Below, in pieces: positions 1-9,012 of a DNA stretch of 64,000 nucleotides (the stretch's first letter is position 1; every line of letters begins with the position of its first letter). The stretch lies in contig CAVWBU010000015.1 in NCBI GenBank assembly GCA_963753345.1, positions 96,001 to 160,000 on the forward strand, written 5' to 3'. The stretch is from an uncultured Fibrobacterota bacterium. Its GTDB lineage: Bacteria; Fibrobacterota; Chitinivibrionia; Chitinivibrionales; FEN-1185. The notes beneath the pieces were generated by a model that saw only the letters and a program-made list of their open reading frames with translations, was not told where the DNA came from and made no database searches. The position numbers and the translations under genes are program-made.

Positions 1-1
1 G

Positions 2-850
2 GCGCAGGACATAGATCAGGTGATCATCGATATTCTGGGGCTGCGGGCGGGCCGGCGCAACCTCAAGGCGTGGCGGGACTACGTCGACCGCGTGATCAAC
101 GCGGAAAAAACGGTGAATATCGCCATCGTGGGAAAATATTCCGAACTGCTTGACGCGTACAAATCGATTCATGAATCTCTCAACCACGCCGGCGCGTTTC
201 ACAGCGCGAAAGTCAAAATACTGAGCGTGTCGGCCGAAGACATCGAAAGAAACGGCGCCGACAAAATTCTCACGGATGCCGACGGCATATTGGTGCCCGG
301 CGGATTCGGGGGCAGAGGCGTTGAAGGTAAAATTCTCGCCGTGAAATACGCGCGGGAAAACAAGGTGCCGTATTTCGGCATCTGTTACGGCATGCATATG
401 GCAGTGATCGAATTCGCCCGCAATGTCCTGAAGCTTGAGTGCGCCGACACCACGGAGAACAACGCGGAAACAAAGTACCCCGTCATCCATTTGATGGAGG
501 AACAGAAACGCATCATGAACCTGGGCGGCACAATGCGCCTCGGCGCTTTCCCCTGCACGCTCAAGAAAGGGACTGCAGCGCGCAAGGCATACGGCAAAGA
601 TCAGATCAGCGAACGCCACCGCCACCGGTATGAATACAACAACGATTATCGGGAACAATTCGAGAAGGCCGGACTTGTCGTATGCGGTGAATCGCCGGAC
701 GGCATGCTTGTGGAAATGGTGGAAATAGAAAATCATCCATGGTTCGTGGCCGTGCAGTTTCACCCGGAATTCAAGTCGAGGCCGGTTGATCCGCATCCGC
801 TGTTCAGGGATTTTGTGGGGGCGAGTATTAAGTATGGCGGGAAGAAATAG
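2..850 (+). CDS. pyrG: CTP synthase, C-terminal glutaminase domain (5' truncated by window edge)
   Basis: Motifs IAIVGKY, LVPGGFGGRG, GICYGMH, GGTMRLG, ERHRHRYE, QFHPEFKSRP. Confidence 0.97.
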   Translation, partial: AQDIDQVIIDILGLRAGRRNLKAWRDYVDRVINAEKTVNIAIVGKYSELLDAYKSIHESLNHAGAFHSAKVKILSVSAEDIERNGADKILTDADGILVPGGFGGRGVEGKILAVKYARENKVPYFGICYGMHMAVIEFARNVLKLECADTTENNAETKYPVIHLMEEQKRIMNLGGTMRLGAFPCTLKKGTAARKAYGKDQISERHRHRYEYNNDYREQFEKAGLVVCGESPDGMLVEMVEIENHPWFVAVQFHPEFKSRPVDPHPLFRDFVGASIKYGGKK

Positions 851-858
851 AGATAAGA

Positions 859-1298
859 TTCTTGGTGGGGGAAGTATCCCCCCTGCCTGCGGCCCTGCGG
901 TCCTCCGGCACCCCCTCCTGGGTGCTCCCCATGATGGTGCAGCGGCGAGCGCAATACATGGTTGAGGGGGCACCCACGAGGAGCAGTTGAAAAGTTGAAA
1001 CGTTGAACAGTTGAAGAGTTGAAAAACAAAGAAAGAAACGTTGGTTGATGTATGCGAATGCGGGTTGGCGCGAGAAGAAGTAGTTGACTGAAAGGAATTC
1101 TGTTACCGCGCGTTAGGTGGACCGGAGGGTGAGCTAAAGCGAATTGCCGGTCGACCCGGCCGAAAGGCATAGGGCGATCCGGCAACGAGGCCGAACGGCC
1201 GAGCCCGAAGGAAGACCGACCCGACCCCGAGCGAAGTCGAGGGGGAGGGGAACGCCCAATTCTTATCGTATCTTGTAAAGCGGTGCCCCCACCAAGAA
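859..1298 (+). repeat. Bipartite structured intergenic element, copy E1 (module A 864-985, AGTTGAAA tandem linker 985-1024, module B about 1064-1260), bounded by a 13-bp inverted repeat
   Basis: Shares A motifs (GTGGGGGAAG..CCCCCT, GGTCCTCCG, CCCCCTCCTGGGT, GGCACCCACG) and B motifs (CCGCGCGTTAGG, GGGGAACGCCCA) with other loci; TTCTTGGTGGGGG 859-871 / CCCCCACCAAGAA 1286-1298. Confidence 0.9.
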
Positions 1299-1340
1299 CT
1301 ACTGATTGATATTTAAACTTAACAATAGGCAGTGATATCC

Positions 1341-2744
1341 ATGAGCACCCTCATCGACGGCATGGGCGAACAGTGCGGCATCTTCGGGATTTTCAACAGC
1401 CACGAAGCAGCGGAACTGACCTACCTCGGCCTGTACGCGCTCCAGCACCGCGGCCAGGAAAGTTCCGGCATCGCGGTGTCGAACCAGACCACCGTCACTA
1501 TGTACAAGGCAATGGGCCTGGTGAACCAGGTTTTCAAGCATCAGAGTTCGATTGACAATCTCAAAGGATCGAGCGCCATCGGCCACAACCGGTACTCCAC
1601 CACGGGATCGTCCGATCTCGCCAACGCCCAGCCGATTCTCGTCAACTGCCGCATGGGCCAGATAGCGGCCGCCCACAACGGCAACCTTACCAACACCGCG
1701 GCGCTCCGCACCGAAATGGAGAACGACGGTTCAATTTTCTCCTCGACGACCGACACCGAGGTAATCGTGCACCTCATCGCGCGGTCGAAGCGCGAAACCG
1801 TGGACGCCATGATCCTTGACGCGCTCTCGCGCGTCAAGGGGGCGTATTCCATTTTGTTCCTTACCAAGGACGCGCTGTACGGCGCGCGCGACCCGCGGGG
1901 CTTTAGGCCGCTCATCCTTGGAAGGACAGGCGACATTTCGTTCCTGTCGTCGGAGACCTGCGCGTTCGACCTGGTGGGAGCGTCGATCGAGCGCGAGGTG
2001 AAGCCGGGTGAGATGGTGCGTATTGACAAGAACGGAATCCAGAGCTTTTCCATCCCCGTGTTCGAACGCATCAAGCGTCCGTCGTACTGCATCTTCGAAT
2101 ACATTTACTTTTCGCGCCCCGATTCGTTCGTGTTCGGTGAAAACGTGGACAAGATACGGCGGAGGCTCGGCCGCCAACTCGCCAAGGAGCACCCAGTCAA
2201 GAGCGCGGACTTCGTGATGGGCGTTCCCGACTCGGCGACAACGGCCGCGCTCGGGTTCGCGCAGGAGAGCGATCTCAGGTTCGACATCGGGCTCATCCGC
2301 AACCACTATGTGGGCAGGACCTTCATCCAGCCCGTCCAGGCGGGAAGGGACCTCGGGGTACGCATCAAGTTCAATCCTGTCAAGGGCGTTCTCAAGGGCA
2401 AGAAAGTTGTCGTTGTCGACGATTCCATTGTGCGCGGCACCACCATGCGGAAGATTGTGCAGCTCCTTCGCACGGCGGAACCTGCCGAGATCCACCTCCG
2501 CATTTCGTCGCCGCCCATTGTGAGCCCGTGCTTCTACGGCATCGACATGCCCACCAAGAAGGAACTCATCGCCTCGGAGAAAACGGTCGAGGAAATCCGT
2601 AAGTACCTCGAGGTGGATTCGCTCGGCTACCTTTCCATAGACGGCCTGCTATCGGTTGTCAACGAACCGCGCTCGAATTTCTGCGCCGCGTGCTTTACGG
2701 GGGAATATCCGGTTGAGGTTTCCGGCGAGAAAGGTCACTGCTAA
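1341..2744 (+). CDS. purF: Amidophosphoribosyltransferase
   Basis: N-terminal EQCGIFG, LQHRGQESSG, HNGNLTN, CIFEYIYFSRPDS, VVVDDSIVRGTT, CFYGIDMP, CAACFTG. Confidence 0.97.
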   Translation: MSTLIDGMGEQCGIFGIFNSHEAAELTYLGLYALQHRGQESSGIAVSNQTTVTMYKAMGLVNQVFKHQSSIDNLKGSSAIGHNRYSTTGSSDLANAQPILVNCRMGQIAAAHNGNLTNTAALRTEMENDGSIFSSTTDTEVIVHLIARSKRETVDAMILDALSRVKGAYSILFLTKDALYGARDPRGFRPLILGRTGDISFLSSETCAFDLVGASIEREVKPGEMVRIDKNGIQSFSIPVFERIKRPSYCIFEYIYFSRPDSFVFGENVDKIRRRLGRQLAKEHPVKSADFVMGVPDSATTAALGFAQESDLRFDIGLIRNHYVGRTFIQPVQAGRDLGVRIKFNPVKGVLKGKKVVVVDDSIVRGTTMRKIVQLLRTAEPAEIHLRISSPPIVSPCFYGIDMPTKKELIASEKTVEEIRKYLEVDSLGYLSIDGLLSVVNEPRSNFCAACFTGEYPVEVSGEKGHC

Positions 2745-2761
2745 TTTCAGGAGTGTTTTTT

Positions 2762-3184
2762 GTGGGGGAAGGTTCCCCCTCGCTCCGGCCCGTCGCTCCG
2801 TCAAATCTCTGCTCGTTGGTCCTTACGCGCCGGTCCTCCGCTACCCCCTCCTGGGTAGCCGCCTTGACAAAGCAGCTGCGAGATCAAACATTGTTGTGGC
2901 GGCACCCACGAAGAGCAATGGTAAAAGAGTTGAGAAGTTGAGTAGTTGATAACTGGTAGTTGATTGATCTCTTGGGTATTTCGATTGGCGTGAGAAGAAG
3001 TGGTTGACTGACAAGACTCCTTCTGCCGCGCGTTAGGCAGGACTGGAGGTCCCGCTAGAGCGGGATGCCGCCCGGACCCGGCCGCTACTGCGGCATAGGG
3101 CCGAGGCGGCCCGAGGCCGAAGGCCGAGACCGGAAGGACGGCCGACCGGAGCCTGCGTCTTGACGAAGGCTCGGGAAACGCCCA
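2762..3184 (+). repeat. Bipartite structured intergenic element, copy E2 (A 2762-2916, AGTTGA linker, B 2983-3184)
   Basis: Same conserved blocks as E1; lies between convergent purF and ychF. Confidence 0.9.
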
Positions 3185-3199
3185 CCTTGATGATTTGAA

Positions 3200-4270
3200 C
3201 TAGACATTGAAACGAATCGACAAAATATCGCCGTCCTTGACAATGTATTCCTTGCCCTCCATCCTGAATTTCCCCGCGTCCTTGACGCCCTGTTCCGATC
3301 CCGCGGCAACGAGATCGTCGTAGGAGAAGCACTCTGCGCGGATGAAGCCGCGCGCAAGGTCGGTATGGATGGCGGCGGCGGCCTCGACCGCGGTGACGCC
3401 CCGCACGATCTCCCAGGCGCGCACCTCGTCTTCCCCAACGGTAAAGAAGCTTATATATCCGAGCGTCTCGTACGCGACAAGCGTGAGCCGGTCGGCCGCA
3501 GATTCACCGATTCCCATGTCGTCCATGAATGCCTGAATCTCCGCGGCATCGGTAAGCCGCGAGAGTTCCATCTCGAAATTCCCCGCGCATTCGATGATCT
3601 TGTAGCGGCCGGCCAGCTCCTTGACCAGCGCCGGGTCCTTCTTGAACCGGTCTTCACTGGAGTTGACGATAAGGAAGAGCGGCTTCTGGGTAAGGAGCTG
3701 GAAACCGCGGAGCATTTTCTTCTCGTCGGCCGAGAATTCGAGCGTGCGGATAGGCTGCATGGCGGTAAGCGCTTCCATAATTCTTTTAAGCAGCTTTTCC
3801 TCGGAGGCCAATGCCGGCGTCATGCCGCCCTTTGCGGATGCGGCTATCTTTGCTATCCGGTTTTCCGCGATGATCTGGTCCGACAGCAAGAGCTCCTCCT
3901 CGATGGCCTGCAGGTCGGCCGCAGGCGAGGGGGCGATGGAAGGATCGGGCGCAAAATTCCTGAGAACAACCGCAAGGCTGTCCATGGTTTTTACAAGGCG
4001 CATAAGGTCCGGAGCGAACAGCTCCTGTTTCTTCGACTCGTCACGTTCCACGCCCACGAAATCGACCAGCTCGATTCTGGCGTACACGGTTTTTTTCGGA
4101 TTGTACATCCGCGAAAGCTTGGTGATCCGCTCGTCGCGCACGTCAACAACAGCGACGTTCGGTTCAGCTTTCGCCGCGGCGTAGGCCGAGACAAGCGCCT
4201 GGGATTTCGACAGCGCGTTGAAAATGGTGGTGGTGCCGGATTTTGGAAGACCGATAAGGCCGATTTTCAA
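3200..4270 (-). CDS. ychF: YchF/Obg-family ATPase homologue with a degenerate P-loop
   Basis: DERITKLSRMYNPKK, ISFFTVGEDEVRAW, IHTDLARGFIRAE, EGKEYIVKDGDI..RFNV; Walker A reads GLPKSGTTT. Confidence 0.9.
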   Translation of the reverse strand: MKIGLIGLPKSGTTTIFNALSKSQALVSAYAAAKAEPNVAVVDVRDERITKLSRMYNPKKTVYARIELVDFVGVERDESKKQELFAPDLMRLVKTMDSLAVVLRNFAPDPSIAPSPAADLQAIEEELLLSDQIIAENRIAKIAASAKGGMTPALASEEKLLKRIMEALTAMQPIRTLEFSADEKKMLRGFQLLTQKPLFLIVNSSEDRFKKDPALVKELAGRYKIIECAGNFEMELSRLTDAAEIQAFMDDMGIGESAADRLTLVAYETLGYISFFTVGEDEVRAWEIVRGVTAVEAAAAIHTDLARGFIRAECFSYDDLVAAGSEQGVKDAGKFRMEGKEYIVKDGDILSIRFNV

Positions 4271-4420
4271 GCAGGGCTCCTTTGAGAATGAGAATAAGGG
4301 GAGGATGAAAATAGAAGATGCGGAAGAAAGGCAGGGGAGGAGAAACGGGGGAAGAGATCCGCGTGGGCTGAGTGGATAGTATGCCGATGGGTTTTACGGT
4401 GATGTGCGGGGAGGATTTAG

Positions 4421-4588
4421 TGCCAACGTGTGCCGCACTGCCCGCCGTGCCCGCCTATAATCTCGCCACCCCACGGAAGCCACGACGGAGTCTTCGACAC
4501 GGCTGGCTGACATGACGGGTGTCGAAACCGTCATGTCAAGCGGGCATGGCGCGGCTGCGTGAGTTGGTGGCCCGTGTATGTGGCATTT
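4421..4588 (-). other. attC-like recombination site (imperfect hairpin with bulged bases)
   Basis: Minus strand reads GCCACCAAC...GCCGCGCCATGCCCGC...GCGGGCACGGCGGGC...CGTTGGCA just downstream of ORF 4649; internal perfect hairpin TGACATGACGG/CCGTCATGTCA. Confidence 0.65.
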
Positions 4589-4648
4589 GTTTCTTGGCGC
4601 GCGTCAAATTTTGTCTTTTCAATAAAACTTTGCAAAATATAGCAATAT

Positions 4649-5083
4649 TTAGTGCTTCTTGTGCAATGTTATTGTAGGTAAAACCCATTCTCCTTTGGCA
4701 TTTTGTTTTAACGATTGAAGCTGTGCGTTGGAGAGGCTGTCGTAGTATGTTGTAATGCTATCTCCCTTTATCAGAATCCTTAATGGACCACACTCCCATT
4801 GCTCTACCTTGTCGTTTATGCAGTGGGACATCGTGACTCCGCCAGCTCCGAAATTGCCAATTGAATCTGGGTGAGACGGCTGCATCCCTGCAACATCTTG
4901 CGGAGTAAGATAGAAATCAAGATTACTGGAATAAACGGAAAGACTTGGGTAGAAAATAGCTCCGCTATCAACGGCCAAGGAACCCCTATAAGCTATGAGT
5001 TCGCTAGATGTATCCCAGCAACACGAAAAGAAACTAAAGGGAAGAAACATAAGAAAGAGGCCGGAAAAGTTACTTCTGTACAT
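4649..5083 (-). CDS. Hypothetical protein, possible lipoprotein (cassette ORF2)
   Basis: ATG at 5083; hydrophobic N-terminus ending FFSCC; no recognisable family. Confidence 0.6.
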   Translation of the reverse strand: MYRSNFSGLFLMFLPFSFFSCCWDTSSELIAYRGSLAVDSGAIFYPSLSVYSSNLDFYLTPQDVAGMQPSHPDSIGNFGAGGVTMSHCINDKVEQWECGPLRILIKGDSITTYYDSLSNAQLQSLKQNAKGEWVLPTITLHKKH

Positions 5084-5642
5084 TATTGCCCCATTGTTTG
5101 AAATATCCGAAGTCAAGGATAAGTCCAATTGTTAACCCAGATTGATAAGGCTCCGTAAAACCAGTTGTGAATATTTCGAAAAATTCTCCGATTGCCATAA
5201 ATGGAAGGGGCGAAAACATGATATTGTCCCCAATCTTATAAACAGCCGAAGTCTTATTGAGTTCCAAATATCTATTGCTTTCAAGCCAAACACCTCGGTA
5301 AATACTATGGGCTATTCCGATACCGCCATAAACATCGAGCATGAACTTCCACCATTTCCATAATCTGCCATAACATGGCACCAATTCGTCATACAATTGG
5401 GTAGGCGTTACCGATACTTTGTGAAATGTATATGTCTCATCGGCGTGGGAATAAATGATCTTGATCAAATGTTTATGAATTGTACCGTTGAGTTCGAAAG
5501 AGAATCCTGTCATTGAACTGTCTTCCAGCAAGAGCATTTCCGAAACCTTGGAAGAAACCCAAATTGATGAAAAATCTTCGGAGGAATTGCATATGGAAAT
5601 CAACGAAAAGACAAAGATCAGAAATTCAATCATTACTTTCAT
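5070..5642 (-). CDS. Hypothetical secreted or membrane protein (cassette ORF1)
   Basis: About 190-aa ORF in AT-rich DNA, signal-peptide-like N-terminus, short overlap with ORF2. Confidence 0.6.
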   Translation of the reverse strand: MKVMIEFLIFVFSLISICNSSEDFSSIWVSSKVSEMLLLEDSSMTGFSFELNGTIHKHLIKIIYSHADETYTFHKVSVTPTQLYDELVPCYGRLWKWWKFMLDVYGGIGIAHSIYRGVWLESNRYLELNKTSAVYKIGDNIMFSPLPFMAIGEFFEIFTTGFTEPYQSGLTIGLILDFGYFKQWGNNVQK

Positions 5643-5915
5643 TGAAATGACCTTGACATGCGCAAACAAAGATTTCTAATAACTGTGAAAATCAGCGCGC
5701 GTCTCTTCAATGCCACAAACATGGACACCAACTACAGGTATGTCGCGATTCCACATTCCACCCAAAATGGCTTCTTATCCTACTTATCGCCGATGGCAGT
5801 CATACAGTTGATAACAAAACAATTCATGCGTTCCCTGGAAGCAAGGACAATTGCAAAAGCGGACCCAGCGAAGAAAGTGACAAAGACATGAAGTAAGTAA
5901 GTGCATGGTGCCACC

Positions 5916-6071
5916 ACTCTTCGTGGGTGCCGCCTCAGCGATGTATGGTCTCGCAGCTGCTTTGCCAAGGCGGCTACCCAGGAGGGGGTAGCGGAGGACC
6001 GGCGCGTAAGAACCAACGAGCAGCGATTTGAGGGAGCGATGGGCCGGAGCGAGGGGGAGCCATCCCCCGAC
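5916..6071 (-). repeat. Structured intergenic element, copy E3 (module A only)
   Basis: Reverse complement closely matches E2 module A, including both loop sequences. Confidence 0.9.
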
Positions 6072-6176
6072 GAACCTGTTTTTCTTTGATCAAACTCCGC
6101 TCTTTTCCCGTCCACCCCCTTTCCCATTCCAACCGCGCATGGCTTCTTGTATTTTCATAGTGAGGAACCACGCCCA

Positions 6177-7475
6177 ATGCAATCGCCCTTTCCCTTCCGA
6201 CAACGTCTGTTTCGCAATGGTGCGGGACTTTTACCGGCCCTCTGGTTTGTGCTGCTTGTTCCACGTCTGCTCTCAGCCGAGCCCATCGTGCTCACCGGCA
6301 AAATGGTCCCTGCGCTGCTCGGTAAAACCATCGCGGGCCTGCGCGTGACCGGTCGCGCGGGCGCCTGCATCCCTTTCCAGATCGACCAGGTCGTCAACGA
6401 TGATTACGTGTGTCCGTCGGGCAAGGAGCCCAACACGGGCAGCGGCATTCTTGACACGTGCGACGAGATAGTGTTCCTGTGGGATGACGCGGACACTGTC
6501 GAGCCCAAGGGCCCGGCGGGGACGGGGAGCGGGGTCTGGGTCAGAATCAGCCACGGTATTGAATCGCGCTACGTGTGTCTCGTCGACAACGCGGCACTTC
6601 CGCGCTCCACGGTGTCGTACATCGACTACGACGACGCCGCGCAGCTCGTGACAACGCCCTACTACTATGCGACGTTCGGCCGCAACCGGTTCCATTTCAC
6701 GCGCGCGGGCGTCATGGACTTTGCCAGCGACAAGTTCGTCAACGTCACCAACGAGCTGCGCATCAAGATCTTTCTGCGGGCGCTGTGGGGCCTTTTGCCC
6801 ATCAGCTACACCGAAAACAGCATGGTCTGTTTTGTAAAGCGCTACAAGGCCGGCCCGATCCGGCTCATCAGGCGCGGCGATTTTCACCTCAACCTCGGAT
6901 TGTTCATTCAGGGGAGCAGGGCGGCGGTGAACCAGATCTGCTACCCGCAGCTGGTGAGGGTGCCCGTGTACGTCAATCTGCCGTTCCGGTTTAAAACGCT
7001 TTTTTCCGAAGCCTACATAGAAATGACCCCGGTGATCCGGCAGGAGGCCGACGATTTTTCATTCCGCGTGACGAGCCACGGCTTGTGTTTTCCAATGGGC
7101 CGTAACCAGCACATCGATACGCTGGTTGCCCTCAATCCCAACCGCACCTGCATGATCATGAGCAATGCCACCCTCGGCTACGGCTGGCTGCTCGACGCGG
7201 CCATGGCCCCAGAGTTGATTTCCGGCAGCGGGTACTGTATAAAGATCCCGTCGGATCGGGATGGCGCAGGACAATGCGGGTTCAGACTCGGAGTGCGCGA
7301 CCTGCCCAAGGGGTATTATCTCATCGGAAACTGGGTTCTGTTCTCAAAGGACGGAGCGGCAGGTCTGCCGGACGCGTGCGACCGTCTTTCCAATATGGCA
7401 GCGGTTGCGGTCGAGGGAAACCCCGCGCAGATGAACAACCAGCTCGACAGGGTTTTTGCATTCCACAAGAAATAG
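6177..7475 (+). CDS. Hypothetical secreted protein
   Basis: Long ORF with genome-typical codon usage and an N-terminal hydrophobic segment; start uncertain. Confidence 0.7.
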   Translation: MQSPFPFRQRLFRNGAGLLPALWFVLLVPRLLSAEPIVLTGKMVPALLGKTIAGLRVTGRAGACIPFQIDQVVNDDYVCPSGKEPNTGSGILDTCDEIVFLWDDADTVEPKGPAGTGSGVWVRISHGIESRYVCLVDNAALPRSTVSYIDYDDAAQLVTTPYYYATFGRNRFHFTRAGVMDFASDKFVNVTNELRIKIFLRALWGLLPISYTENSMVCFVKRYKAGPIRLIRRGDFHLNLGLFIQGSRAAVNQICYPQLVRVPVYVNLPFRFKTLFSEAYIEMTPVIRQEADDFSFRVTSHGLCFPMGRNQHIDTLVALNPNRTCMIMSNATLGYGWLLDAAMAPELISGSGYCIKIPSDRDGAGQCGFRLGVRDLPKGYYLIGNWVLFSKDGAAGLPDACDRLSNMAAVAVEGNPAQMNNQLDRVFAFHKK

Positions 7476-7491
7476 CGGCGGGTCCACGGGC

Positions 7492-8451
7492 ATGAAGAAG
7501 AAAAAGACGAGGGTCGTGGACTGGGATCGGTTTTCGCTTGCGCAACTGTGCAAACGGATCATCTCCCTCGATGTTCCGTTTGGTGAGCTTGCGGAATCCC
7601 TGCAAAACAAGACGTATGCCCTGTGCGTGGAAGGAAAATGCAGGAGCGCAACGCGCGAACTTGGCCGCATGGTTGAATTCTTCGAGACCAGGCAGGGCAA
7701 GAGCGAGGATGAGCGCCGTGATCTGGCGGACATCTGCATTCTGATTGGCGAAGTGAACCAGTATATCGGAGCGTTCAAACAGAGCATCAAATGGTTCTGG
7801 AGGGCGGCTGCGGCGTTCGGAGGCTATGCCATGCCCTTCCATAACCTTGCCACGTCGTTTATGGAGCTCGGCGACATCAAAAACGCGATTGCAAGCCTCG
7901 AACGGGAAACAGCGCTCGAACCGGGAAATTATTTTTCCCGGTTGCGGCTCGCCGATTTGTACGAACGCAGGGGCGAGGCGAATAAAGTCGAAAAGTGCCT
8001 CGAAAGCCTGCTTCAGCGAAACCCGGACAACATCCAGGCGCTTCACAGGCTCATTTCGCATTACGAACAACAGAAACCGGCAATAAACGTGAAGCTCCTC
8101 AGGCGCCGGCTCCTGTCGGTGAGCAGGAAGTTCAGCGAGATGGAAATGGTGATCGTGGTCTACCACCTGTGCAGGGAAGAACAGTTTGACAAGGCCCTGC
8201 GTTTCCTTGACGTCAAGCTGGGCGAGAATCCGGCAATGACCATGCTGTACCTTCTCAAGGCGCACGTGTTCGGGCGGTTGCACCGGTTCTCCATGAAACG
8301 CCGGGAGCTGGCCCAGTTTAAACGCCGCTGCTGGGGAAAACCCGAGTACATGCAGAGCAAACTTGACGAATTCGAACACGTGTTCGGGAAAAAGGCGGTG
8401 GAAAATCTGGGGAAGATATTGATGGTGACAAATCCGAATATAAATAACTAA
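7492..8451 (+). CDS. Tetratricopeptide-repeat protein
   Basis: TPR-like helices, e.g. FHNLATSFMELGDIKNAIASLERETALEPGN and LESLLQRNPDNIQALHRL. Confidence 0.75.
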   Translation: MKKKKTRVVDWDRFSLAQLCKRIISLDVPFGELAESLQNKTYALCVEGKCRSATRELGRMVEFFETRQGKSEDERRDLADICILIGEVNQYIGAFKQSIKWFWRAAAAFGGYAMPFHNLATSFMELGDIKNAIASLERETALEPGNYFSRLRLADLYERRGEANKVEKCLESLLQRNPDNIQALHRLISHYEQQKPAINVKLLRRRLLSVSRKFSEMEMVIVVYHLCREEQFDKALRFLDVKLGENPAMTMLYLLKAHVFGRLHRFSMKRRELAQFKRRCWGKPEYMQSKLDEFEHVFGKKAVENLGKILMVTNPNINN

Positions 8452-8467
8452 ACAATTAGTTTTCTTA

Positions 8468-8986
8468 GTGGGGGAGGTATCCCCCTCGCTCCGGTCCGGT
8501 CGCGCTGTTTGTAAATCACCATCCAGAATGTGCGCGCCCGGTCCTCCGCTACCCCCCTCCTGGGTGGCCCCCAAGTAAGTTTGTTTGCAAGAAAGTTGCT
8601 TCGGTTGGGGGGCACCCACGGAGAGCAGTTGAAAAGAAAAAGCGTTGAAAAGTTGGAAAGCCAATGCCCGAAAACAGGACATGGGAAACCAAGTGTCATT
8701 GCGAGCGCAGCGAAGCAATCACCCTACAACTTTTACCTAAAAGAACCTTGTCTGATTTGCTGCGCATGCCGATTGGCGCAATAAATATGAATTGACAGAA
8801 TAGATTCCCTCTGCCGCGCGCTAGGGGCGACTGGAGGTCCCGCCATAGCGGGATGCCGCCCGGGCCCGCCGCTGCTGCGGCATAGGGCCGGGGCGGGCCC
8901 GAGGCCGCAGGCCGACGACCCTTGGAAGCACCCGAAGGGGTGGACCGGAAGGAGAACCGACCCCGCAAAGCGGGGGAACGCCCAAT
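8468..8986 (+). repeat. Bipartite structured intergenic element, copy E4 (A 8468-8607, B 8771-8986)
   Basis: Conserved A and B blocks; B carries an extra CCC-GAA-GGG hairpin insertion. Confidence 0.9.
8695..8720 (+). repeat. REP-like short palindrome inside the E4 linker
   Basis: GTCATTGCGAGCGCAGCGAAGCAATC, with ATTGC/GCAAT arms; resembles a widespread REP-type repeat (from recollection). Confidence 0.5.
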
Positions 8987-9012
8987 TCTTATAACTAAAA
9001 GAAACCAAAATA

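Larger units (their letters stand above)
4427..5731 (-). mobile_element. Solo integron-like gene cassette carrying two ORFs
   Basis: AT-richer segment; 5' end G|TTGGTGTCCATGTTTGTGGCATT (5732-5709) is complementary to AATGCCACATACACGGGCCACCAAC preceding the attC-like hairpin. Confidence 0.6.

Noticed and set aside
1084-1112. Conserved TTGACT in the module B leader as a sigma70 -35 box
   Set aside because: No -10-like hexamer 16-18 bp downstream; that position is the GC-rich CGCGCG block.
5780-6127. Short ORFs running through the repeat elements (also 760-1185, 2753-2941, 38096-38458)
   Set aside because: Their mutual similarity comes from the DNA repeat; frames, starts and stops are not conserved among copies.
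7321-8718. Long antisense ORFs (also 26828-28300, 36174-37772, 23776-25098, 31945-33201)
   Set aside because: Shadow frames opposite well-supported genes in GC-rich DNA.
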